A stretch of 64,000 nucleotides of DNA from Pseudomonadota bacterium (GTDB lineage: Bacteria; Pseudomonadota; Alphaproteobacteria; Sphingomonadales; CAKZYD01). Positions within the stretch are counted from its first letter, which is position 1. Every line of letters begins with the position of its first letter. The notes beneath the pieces were generated by a model. The model did not search any database and was not told the DNA's origin. It saw only the letters and a list, made by a program, of their open reading frames with translations. Positions 13,153 through 22,427 of this stretch are shown here, in pieces. The stretch lies in NCBI GenBank assembly GCA_049324415.1, contig JBMOOS010000020.1, positions 4,717 to 68,716 of the forward strand, in the 5' to 3' direction. The position numbers were made by a program, and so were the translations under genes.

Positions 13153-14588
13153 GTCCCGGTGCCAGGGCTCGGGCCCGCGCCATTGCGCGGGTGCAAGGGG
13201 CTCGCCCGATAGCCGTAAAAGGCATAGATCACGATGCCGGCAAGGCTCCACCACAAGAACCGCATCCAGGTATCCCCGGGAAGGGCAAGGATGAGGCCCA
13301 GGCAGGAAAGGATGGCAAGGGGGCCGACGACCCACACCAAGGGCGTGCGGAAGGGGCGCTTGCGGTATTTCTGGGTCACCCGCAGGATCATCACCCCCGC
13401 AGCGACGGCGATGAAGGCGAAAAGCGTGCCGATGTTCGACAGTTCGGCGATCTTGTCGAGGGGAAAGAAACCGGAAACGAAGGCGACGAAAAGCCCGGTG
13501 ATGATGGTGATGAGGTGCGGGGTGCGAAAGCGGGGGTGGACGGCGCCGACCCAGGCCGGCAGCAGGCGGTCGCGCGACATGGCGAAGAAAATCCGCGTCT
13601 GGCCGTAGATGAGGACCAGCAGCACCGTGGTGATGCCGGCGATGGCGCCGACGGCGAGCAGGGCGGCGCCGAACTGATAGCCGGTTTCCCGCAACACAAG
13701 GGCTATCGGCTCCTTGGAATTGGCAAGCAGGGTGAAGGGAACGGCGCCGGTCGCCACCCCGGCGACGGCGATGTAAAACACGGTGCAGATGAGGAGCGAG
13801 GCGATGAGCCCGATGGGAAGGTCGCGGTTGGGGTTTTTCGTCTCCTCGGCGGCGCAGGACACGGCGTCAAAGCCGATATAGGCGAAAAAGACGATGGCGG
13901 CGGCGGCGAAGACCCCGACATTTTCATCAAACCCCTTTTTCTCGAACCAGCCGAAGGGCAGGAACGGGTCCCAGTTAGCGGGATCGACGGCCGGCGTGAC
14001 AAGGACCAGGAACATGACAAGGACGCCGATCTTGATCGCCACCAGAACGCGGTTCATGGTGGCGCTCTCCTTGGTGCCGATGACCAGCATCGCGGTGACG
14101 AAGAGGGAAATGAGCACGGCGGGGGCGTCCATGATGCCGCCCTTCTGATAGGCGGTGGTCCAGGCTTCGGGGATGTGGATGCCGACTTGCGAGAGAATGC
14201 CCACCATATAGCCGGACCAGCCGACCGCCACCGCGCCGGCGGAAACTGCGTATTCCAGCACCAGGTTCCAGCCCACCAGCCAGGCCAGCGCTTCGCCGAG
14301 CACGGCGTAGGAATAAGTATAGGCCGAGCCGGCGACCGGCACCATCGCGGCGAGCTCGGCATAGGCGAGGGCGGCGAAGGCGCAGGCAAGGCCGGCGACG
14401 ACGAAGGCAAGGGTGACGCCGGGTCCGGCCTTGGCCGCGCCGACCCCGGTAAGGACGAAGATGCCGGTGCCGATGATGGCGCCGATGCCGAGAAGCGTGA
14501 GGTCAAGCGCGCCCAAGGTGCGGTGCAGGCGGCGTTCCTCGTCGACCGTCAACAACTGATCGACCGGCTTGATACGCAAGAATTTCAT
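13149..14588 (-). CDS. APC-family amino acid permease
   Basis: GAIIGTGIF, GSAYTY, FFAYIGFD, AEETKNP; many hydrophobic segments. Confidence 0.93.
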   Translation of the reverse strand: MKFLRIKPVDQLLTVDEERRLHRTLGALDLTLLGIGAIIGTGIFVLTGVGAAKAGPGVTLAFVVAGLACAFAALAYAELAAMVPVAGSAYTYSYAVLGEALAWLVGWNLVLEYAVSAGAVAVGWSGYMVGILSQVGIHIPEAWTTAYQKGGIMDAPAVLISLFVTAMLVIGTKESATMNRVLVAIKIGVLVMFLVLVTPAVDPANWDPFLPFGWFEKKGFDENVGVFAAAAIVFFAYIGFDAVSCAAEETKNPNRDLPIGLIASLLICTVFYIAVAGVATGAVPFTLLANSKEPIALVLRETGYQFGAALLAVGAIAGITTVLLVLIYGQTRIFFAMSRDRLLPAWVGAVHPRFRTPHLITIITGLFVAFVSGFFPLDKIAELSNIGTLFAFIAVAAGVMILRVTQKYRKRPFRTPLVWVVGPLAILSCLGLILALPGDTWMRFLWWSLAGIVIYAFYGYRASPLHPRNGAGPSPGTGT

Positions 14589-14742
14589 GAAACTCCCCTT
14601 GTCCCGGATATGGCGTCTGGAGCCCGCTATGGCGCGCCCGCGCGCCCGCTCCTTATGTCTTGTTGGTTATCGGGCGCGGATCATGGCACTGCGCCAGAGC
14701 GTGCACAATGAGGAAAATCGCGCCCCATGAGGGCTGCTGGCG

Positions 14743-15543
14743 CTATGCGCCGGTGAATTTGGCCGGCCGTTTGCCAAGGAAGGCGGAAACGCCTTCCATG
14801 AAATCAGCGGTGCGGCCCGCCTGGCGCTGATATTCCCGCTCCAGGCGAAGCTGGCGGGAAAGGGTGTTCTCGCTGGACGCCGCCGCCGCATGACGGATGA
14901 GGCGCAAGGCGCGGGTGGGGCCTTGCGCCAGTTTCCTGGCCAGTTCGCGCGCCCGTGGCATCAGCGCATCATCATCCACCACGTCATAGACAAGGCCCCA
15001 GCGAAGGGCGGTCTCGGCGGGGATTTTCTCCCCCAGCATCATCATCGCCCGCGCCCGCGCAGCGCCAACGAGGCGGGGCAGGAAATAGGTCGATCCGGCA
15101 TCGGGGATGAGGCCGATATTGACGAAGGCCTGCAAAAAATAGGCCGATCGCGCAGCGAGCACGATATCGCCGGCGATGGCAAAGCTCATGCCAGCGCCCG
15201 CGGCCGGCCCGTTGACGGCGGTGATGAAGGGAACCGGCAGGTCGGCCAAGCGCTCGATCAGCGGGTTGTAATATTGTTCCAGCACCTGGCCGGCGTCGAA
15301 CGCCTGCCCCGGTCCCGGCATGGGCATGCCGCCGCCGCCAAGGTCGGCGCCCGAGGAAAAGCCGCGTCCAGCGCCGGTCAGCAACAGGCAGCGCGCGCCG
15401 TTGCCAGCGTCCTCGACCTGGTCGAGGGCGGCGTTGACCTCCGTCAGCATCTGCGCCGAGATCGCGTTCAGGCGGTCTGGCCGGTTGAGGGTGAGAAGGG
15501 CCACCCCCTCTTCGACCGCGAAGGTGATATGAGCAAAGTCCAT
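14743..15543 (-). CDS. Enoyl-CoA hydratase/isomerase (PaaG-like)
   Basis: LNRPDRLNA, GRGFSSGADL, AVNGPAAGAG, GLIPDAG. Confidence 0.9.
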   Translation of the reverse strand: MDFAHITFAVEEGVALLTLNRPDRLNAISAQMLTEVNAALDQVEDAGNGARCLLLTGAGRGFSSGADLGGGGMPMPGPGQAFDAGQVLEQYYNPLIERLADLPVPFITAVNGPAAGAGMSFAIAGDIVLAARSAYFLQAFVNIGLIPDAGSTYFLPRLVGAARARAMMMLGEKIPAETALRWGLVYDVVDDDALMPRARELARKLAQGPTRALRLIRHAAAASSENTLSRQLRLEREYQRQAGRTADFMEGVSAFLGKRPAKFTGA

Positions 15544-15566
15544 GCCCGTCCCCCGGTTTTTATCGT

Positions 15567-16922
<1,356 letters not shown>

Positions 16923-17035
16923 CGCCGCCACAGTATGTCCATGTGTGGCCGGCACCATAGAGGCAAAGCGCCGCCTGTCAATCGACGGATGGAGGGTAAA
17001 GGGCTAGGATTTGTACGATTCTTGGGAAATGTGAC

Positions 17036-17731
17036 ATGCAGGCAACCCTTATTCTTGTTCCCGGCCTGTTGTGCGATGCCCGTTTATGGCGCCACCAGGT
17101 AGCCGGTCTGCGCGGCATGGCCCGCCTCGTCATCGCCGACCATGGCCGCCATGACAGCATCGCCGCCATCGCCAGCCTGCTCCTCAAGGCCGCACCCGGG
17201 CGCTTCGCCATTGCCGGCCTTTCCATGGGCGGTTATGTCGCCTTGGAAGTGTTTCGCCAAGCGCCGGCGCGGGTGACCCATCTTGCCCTTCTTGACACCA
17301 ACGCCCACGCCGACCCGCCCGAGGCCTCGGCCCGCCGCCAGGCGCAGATGGCGCAAGCCGAAGGCGGCGGCTTTGCCGCGGTGGTCGAGGCGCTCAGCGC
17401 CGCCCTCATCGCCCCAGCGCATGTCCAAGGGGAAGCGGGCGAGATTTTCCGCGCCATGGCCAACGACGCAGGACCTGGCGTTTTTCGCCGGCAGCAAAGC
17501 GCCATCATGGGGCGGGCGGACTTAACCGGGCTGTTGCCGGCGATAAAGGTGCCGAGCCTCGTCCTGTGCGGCGAGCGCGACGCCCTGACCCCGCCCGCCA
17601 TTCACCGGACGATGGCTAAGGCCATGCCGCAAAGCCGCTATGTGGAAATCGCCGGGGCCGGCCATCTCACCCCCCTGGAAGCGCCGGCCGCCGTCACCCA
17701 GGCCATGGAAAGCTGGCTGATGCAGGCTTGA
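17036..17731 (+). CDS. Alpha/beta hydrolase
   Basis: GLSMGG nucleophile elbow, GERD, AGH. Confidence 0.88.
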   Translation: MQATLILVPGLLCDARLWRHQVAGLRGMARLVIADHGRHDSIAAIASLLLKAAPGRFAIAGLSMGGYVALEVFRQAPARVTHLALLDTNAHADPPEASARRQAQMAQAEGGGFAAVVEALSAALIAPAHVQGEAGEIFRAMANDAGPGVFRRQQSAIMGRADLTGLLPAIKVPSLVLCGERDALTPPAIHRTMAKAMPQSRYVEIAGAGHLTPLEAPAAVTQAMESWLMQA

Positions 17732-17788
17732 AAGCCAAAGAATTTTCAAGGTTCACGGGCCGTTAACCATCATTTTATGCGCGTTTAA

Positions 17789-17818
17789 GGGATGAAGCGC
17801 GCCAGTGCGCGCGTTGTC
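17789..17818 (+). promoter_or_regulatory. Putative ECF sigma promoter (copy 1)
   Basis: GGGATGAA-N14-GCGTTGTC; same spacing as the copies at 20697 and 20747. Confidence 0.6.
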
Positions 17819-17878
17819 GCCATAGGCAAGCATCGACCTTGCCGTTGCCGCATGCCCTGAAGGAAAGGACGTAACGCC

Positions 17879-18361
17879 ATGAAAGCCTTGACATCAGCCC
17901 TCTTCGCGAGCGCCATTATTGCGCTTGGAGCATCTCTGGCGCAAGCCCAGGAGAGTGATACGCCCCCTCCACCCGCCGAGGAAATCCGCGCCATCGTTAA
18001 GCAAGCGCGGGAAGACGCCCAGGCGGTGAAGCAGGATGCCCATGACCAAGCTCATGGCGTGCGCCAGCAGAACATGGAGGCGCGCCAGGACATCCTCGGT
18101 TCGGCGCGCGAGGAGGTGAAAGCCATCGTTGCTCCCGCCCGTGCCGAGGAACGCCCGCTGACCGACGAAGAGCGGGCGCAAGTTCGCGCCGTCCGCACGG
18201 CGGCGAAGGATAATGTGCGCGAGGCCAACCAAGCGAGCCGCGAGGAGATGCGCGCTTTGCGCCGTGGCACCCATGAGGAATTGCGCGATATCCGTAACGG
18301 CGCCCGGGAGCAAATCCGCGCCATCCGCGCCGAACGGCCGCGCCGTCCCGGGCGGGGCTGA
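17879..18361 (+). CDS. Secreted helical protein with 11-residue repeats
   Basis: RBS GAAAGGA; signal peptide ending ASLAQA; hendecad periodicity. Confidence 0.8.
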   Translation: MKALTSALFASAIIALGASLAQAQESDTPPPPAEEIRAIVKQAREDAQAVKQDAHDQAHGVRQQNMEARQDILGSAREEVKAIVAPARAEERPLTDEERAQVRAVRTAAKDNVREANQASREEMRALRRGTHEELRDIRNGAREQIRAIRAERPRRPGRG

Positions 18362-18381
18362 GAGCACCCCGTCTTTCACCA

Positions 18382-18421
18382 GCAGCGCTGCTCTTTGGCC
18401 ATGGTCAAAGAGCAGCGCTGC
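18382..18421. repeat. 40 bp near-perfect palindrome
   Basis: GCAGCGCTGCTCTTTGGCCATGGTCAAAGAGCAGCGCTGC. Confidence 0.85.
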
Positions 18422-18454
18422 CTTATAACCATCATAGCGATCATGAGATATGCG

Positions 18455-19336
18455 ATGAACCAAGCGAACGCTTTTCTGATGGCGGGCCTGTTGGCTCTTG
18501 CCACGACAGAGCCGGCACTGGCCGAGGGCCGTTGGCGGCTGTCCAGCGGCGTCGATTTTTCCAACGGCAAATATGGTGCCGCCACCGCGACGCAAATTGT
18601 CAGCGCCCCCTTGCGCGCCGCCTGGACAACGGACGATATCGAAATATCGGCGGCGGTTTCCTTCGTTTCCGTCAGCGGCACCGGCGACGTCATCCCGGGC
18701 GATGCCGGTCCCATCATCACCTTGCGCTGCGCCCGTTTGCGGGAAAGGCGGCCCGACCTTTTCGAGCGTTTCTGCCGTGACAGGCTGGCGCCCCCGGCGG
18801 AGCCCGAGAAAGTCACCAGTGCCGGCCTGGGCGATGTGGTTGTCGGCTTTGCCTGGACCTTGCCGGAAGCGGTCTCTGGCGACTGGCTCATCGATCTTGG
18901 CGCGCGCGCCAAGCTTCCCACCGCCTCGAAGGCGCAAGGGCTGGGAACCGGCAAGACCGATGTCACGCTAAGCCTTGATATCGCCCACGGCTTTGGCGCG
19001 CTCACTCCTTTTGCCGGCCTGGGCTATCGTTTTTTCGGCGATCCCAGCTTCGATGGCGCCGGCGGCGCGGCGGTAACCATCGATCTTGAAAACGGCCTGA
19101 GCGGAGCGGCCGGTTTTGCCTACGCGCTTTCCCCCGACACGAGCGTGACGCTGGCTTATGATTATTTTGCCCGCACCGTCGCCTCGTCGAGCGCGGCGCA
19201 GGAAGTGACCCTTGCCTTCAGCGGCCCGATCTCTGGCAATTGGCGCTGGGCCGCCTATGGCGTCGCGGGCTTGACGCGCGCCAGTCCCGATGTCGCGGTT
19301 GGCCTTACGCTTTCCTATGGCTTTTCGCTGAATTGA
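18455..19336 (+). CDS. Putative outer-membrane beta-barrel protein
   Basis: Signal peptide ending ALA; alternating beta strands; GLGDV, KLPTA...GLGTGKTD; aromatic C-terminal strand; start uncertain. Confidence 0.75.
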   Translation: MNQANAFLMAGLLALATTEPALAEGRWRLSSGVDFSNGKYGAATATQIVSAPLRAAWTTDDIEISAAVSFVSVSGTGDVIPGDAGPIITLRCARLRERRPDLFERFCRDRLAPPAEPEKVTSAGLGDVVVGFAWTLPEAVSGDWLIDLGARAKLPTASKAQGLGTGKTDVTLSLDIAHGFGALTPFAGLGYRFFGDPSFDGAGGAAVTIDLENGLSGAAGFAYALSPDTSVTLAYDYFARTVASSSAAQEVTLAFSGPISGNWRWAAYGVAGLTRASPDVAVGLTLSYGFSLN

Positions 19337-20667
19337 GCGGGGGGGTCCGAGGCGCCCACCTGGCTCACCCAGCCATAGCCGTAAATATCATCACGGCCGG
19401 GCGCTCCCAAGTCCCGCGCCATCTGCCGCAATTTCGCCAGCGCCCGGTCCGCTTGCCCAGGGTCGGGCGCGGCCGTTTCCTGGAGAAGGCGCGCCGCGAC
19501 CTCCGGCACGGCGAAGGAAGTGCCGGTGACGGTGATCAGCTTTTCCGGGTCGGCAGCGGCGTAGATGTCGACGCCGACAGCGGAGAACATGACCGCCTCG
19601 CCGCGATTGGCGCCGATGAAGATACGGCCCTCCCAGTCGGTGGCGGTGACCGCGACAACGCCGGGATAGGCGGCGGGAAAGGCGATGGGCCGTGTCGGGC
19701 CTTCATTGCCCACGGGCGCGACAATAAGAACCCCTTTTGCCTGCAAGCGGGCGATGCTGAGGGCGAGAAGCTGATTGGCGGGGCCGGTGAGCGGCATGGC
19801 GATGACCGGGATTCGCTTTTCCGCGAGCCAGGCCAGCGCTTGGGCGATGGCGAGCGCGCTGCCGCCGGCGTCGGCGTCGCCGAAAACGTCGGCGGCGAAA
19901 AGCCTGGCGCCCTTGGCGGCGCCATGAAAGCGGCCATCCTCGCCGACCAGCAAGGACGCAACGGCGGTGCCATGGGCGGACGGGGTGGGCGTCTCCTCGC
20001 CGGCGAAGGAAGCGGTTTCGATGGCCGCGCCGCGCAAGGTGGGATGGCCGGCATCGACGCCCAGGTCGACAAGGCCAAGCCGGGCGCCCTGGGGCAAGAC
20101 AAGGTCGGGCCACGGCAAAACAAGGTCATGCATGTCGCCTGTGCTGATCATGGCCAGCTCGCCCGAAGGGTCGAACAGATGGTTGAGCTCGAATTGCCCT
20201 TGGGGGGCGCTCGCCCGCAAGCGCTCGAGCGCATCGTTGGTGTCCATCGCCTTGGGCGCGCGCAAGACTATGAAGTCAAGTCCGAGCGCGGGCAGGCTTA
20301 CCTGCCGGGCGACGCGAAAGCCAAGCGCCCGCGCCCGCGCCAGAACCGCTTCGTCGGGGGCGATGGCGACAATCTCGCCGCGCAGCGCCAGGGCGCCGTT
20401 GCGGCTCATGGCGAAGCGATGCCGGGCGGCGGCGCGGCGGGCGGCGATGGCGCGGCCCGGGCGGCGTTCGACCCAGCGGCGGGCGAGGATGCGCTGGGCG
20501 CGTTGCAGCCGCTCGATGCGGTTGTGGCGCCGCTCGATGACGCGGTCGGCGGCGCGCGCGCCGACCCGGCCGGCCTCGGCCAGCGCTGGCGGCGGCCCAT
20601 TCGTTCCACCGAAGGCGATGACGAGCGCCAGCGCCGTAACGGTGAAAGGCTTCACGATAGCGCGCAT
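19315..20667 (-). CDS. S8 subtilisin-like serine peptidase
   Basis: Catalytic triad LVDLGVD / HGTAVA / GTSFAVP; GNEG; DLGAPGRDDIYGYG. Confidence 0.9.
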   Translation of the reverse strand: MRAIVKPFTVTALALVIAFGGTNGPPPALAEAGRVGARAADRVIERRHNRIERLQRAQRILARRWVERRPGRAIAARRAAARHRFAMSRNGALALRGEIVAIAPDEAVLARARALGFRVARQVSLPALGLDFIVLRAPKAMDTNDALERLRASAPQGQFELNHLFDPSGELAMISTGDMHDLVLPWPDLVLPQGARLGLVDLGVDAGHPTLRGAAIETASFAGEETPTPSAHGTAVASLLVGEDGRFHGAAKGARLFAADVFGDADAGGSALAIAQALAWLAEKRIPVIAMPLTGPANQLLALSIARLQAKGVLIVAPVGNEGPTRPIAFPAAYPGVVAVTATDWEGRIFIGANRGEAVMFSAVGVDIYAAADPEKLITVTGTSFAVPEVAARLLQETAAPDPGQADRALAKLRQMARDLGAPGRDDIYGYGWVSQVGASDPPAQFSEKP

Positions 20668-20696
20668 CTTGTCCTCACAAGGCCCGACCATAATGG

Positions 20697-20726
20697 AACA
20701 ACGGTTAAGGGATGGAAAGTTTTCCC
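20697..20726 (-). promoter_or_regulatory. Putative ECF sigma promoter (copy 2, for the subtilase)
   Basis: Minus strand GGGAAAAC-N14-CCGTTGTT. Confidence 0.55.
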
Positions 20727-20746
20727 TGGCAAAAGCGCTTGCCATG

Positions 20747-20776
20747 GGGAAGAAATCCTAAGCTTCATGCGTTATC
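20747..20776 (+). promoter_or_regulatory. Putative ECF sigma autoregulatory promoter (copy 3)
   Basis: GGGAAGAA-N14-GCGTTATC, 10 bp before the sigma ATG. Confidence 0.6.
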
Positions 20777-20786
20777 CCTGCATGAT

Positions 20787-21314
20787 ATGAGCCCGATATC
20801 GGACCCCTTCCGCGACGAGATGGTGGCGCTGATCCCGCGTCTGCGGCGCTTCGCCCGGGCGCTTGTCGGTTCCGCCGACGCGGCGGACGATTTGGTGCAA
20901 CTGACCTTGGAGCGCGCCTTGGCCCGCGCCCATCAATGGCAGCAGGGCACGCGGCTCGATAGCTGGCTTTACAGGATCGCGCAAAATCTATGGATCGACG
21001 AGACGCGCCGGGCGCGCCGCCGCGGCGTCGAGGTCGATATCGAGGAGGCAAGGGAAATGGCGGGAACCGACGGCCGCGCAGCCATGGATCAGCGGTTGCG
21101 GCTGATGGACGTGGAGCGGGCGATGACGAGCTTGCCTTGCGATCAGCGGGCGGTGGTCGCCCTCGTCCTCATCGAAGGCCTCTCCTATGGCGAGGCGGCG
21201 AAGGTTCTGGACGTGCCCGCGGGCACCATCGCCAGCCGCCTGGCGCGGGCCAAGGCGGCGCTGGAGGACGTGCTGGCCGGCACCGCCGCTGGCCTTGCGG
21301 GAGCCGGGACATGA
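20787..21314 (+). CDS. ECF sigma factor
   Basis: LRRFARAL, ADDLVQ, SWLYRIAQNLWID, LSYGEAA...GTIASRLARA. Confidence 0.95.
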   Translation: MSPISDPFRDEMVALIPRLRRFARALVGSADAADDLVQLTLERALARAHQWQQGTRLDSWLYRIAQNLWIDETRRARRRGVEVDIEEAREMAGTDGRAAMDQRLRLMDVERAMTSLPCDQRAVVALVLIEGLSYGEAAKVLDVPAGTIASRLARAKAALEDVLAGTAAGLAGAGT

Positions 21315-22087
21315 ACATCGCGCAAGAAAGAATCATCGCCTTCATCGATGGCGAACTGAAGGAAAACGAGCGCCGCCAGGTGGCGGCGGCGATTGCCGCC
21401 GACGCCGAGACGGCGGCCTATGCCCGTGATTATGAAAGATTGAAAGCGACGCTTGCCAAGGCTTATGCGCCGCTTCTTAAGGAGCCCATTCCAGCGCGGC
21501 TTTTGGCGGCGGTCAGCGCGCCGCCCGGTAATGTCATCGCCTTGCCACCGGCGCCACAGGCCGCGCCGCCGGCTTCCCGCCAGCACGCGCGCGGGCGTCG
21601 CCTCGGCTGGGCCTTATCCTTGGCCGCCTCGCTTCTCATCGGCGTTCTCCTGGGGCAGGGTTGGCGCGCCAATGCGCCCCTGCCGGGTCTGGCCCCAAGC
21701 CCCGCTGGAGGATTTGTCGCCCAAGCATCGCTTGCCCGCGCTCTTGACCACCGGCTTTCTGGCCGCGCTGAGGATGCACGCCCTAACTCAACCATCGATA
21801 TCGCCCTTAGCTTTCGCAATCGAACGGGCGGCATTTGCCGGGTTTTCGCCTTGCGTGAGGATGCGGCGCCGGCGGTAACCGGCATCGCTTGCCGCGAGGC
21901 GGCGGCCTGGCGGGTGGTCGCCTTGGCGCCCGCGCTGCCCGCCAGCACGGCGGTGGCAGGGGATTATCAACCCGCCGGCGCGCGCGCCCTGCCGGCCGCC
22001 ATTGGCGCCGCCATCGCCGGGATGATGGCCGGCGATCCCCTCGGCGTGGCCGAGGAAGCGGCCGCCCGGGACAAGGGCTGGCGCTAA
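21311..22087 (+). CDS. Membrane-anchored anti-sigma factor
   Basis: IIAFIDGEL N-terminus; TM segment ALSLAASLLIGVLLG; periplasmic Cys pair (ICR, IACR); ATGA overlap with the sigma gene. Confidence 0.85.
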   Translation: MNIAQERIIAFIDGELKENERRQVAAAIAADAETAAYARDYERLKATLAKAYAPLLKEPIPARLLAAVSAPPGNVIALPPAPQAAPPASRQHARGRRLGWALSLAASLLIGVLLGQGWRANAPLPGLAPSPAGGFVAQASLARALDHRLSGRAEDARPNSTIDIALSFRNRTGGICRVFALREDAAPAVTGIACREAAAWRVVALAPALPASTAVAGDYQPAGARALPAAIGAAIAGMMAGDPLGVAEEAAARDKGWR

Positions 22088-22110
22088 CTCGCGGTTTCTA
22101 AGACTTAAAT

Positions 22111-22335
22111 TTAAGCTTTAGGGGGCGCGTTTTTGCGCCGCTTCAGCGCCCGCGAGGCGTGGCTCAGCCAGCCGGCGACAAAGCCGATCACGAGGATGAT
22201 GAGAACAAGAAAGGCGCGGCGCAGCTCGAAGGACCAGAAAAGAAAATCCACCGCCACCCGTTCGGTGTTTTGCAGGACGAACAACAGGGCGATGGCGAGC
22301 AGCCCAAGGCTGGCGGCAAAGCGCAGTCTTTCCAT
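22111..22335 (-). CDS. LapA/DUF1049-family small membrane protein
   Basis: TM-FVLQN...VDFLFW-TM pattern; RBS GGAGG. Confidence 0.8.
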   Translation of the reverse strand: MERLRFAASLGLLAIALLFVLQNTERVAVDFLFWSFELRRAFLVLIILVIGFVAGWLSHASRALKRRKNAPPKA

Positions 22336-22353
22336 GGTCTCACTCCCTCCTCA

Positions 22354-22420
22354 AGCACTGCCCAACCATGTGGATAGCGGTTGGGTGGAGAAAATGCCTC
22401 CGCACAAAAAAGCTAGAGCA
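22354..22420 (+). repeat. Degenerate partial family B element
   Basis: Aligns to the reverse complement of 53177-53282: AGCA..CCAACCA..GGAT..CGG.TGG..AGAAAATGC..ACAAA..CT.GAGCA. Confidence 0.65.
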
Positions 22421-22427
22421 TCAGGCT

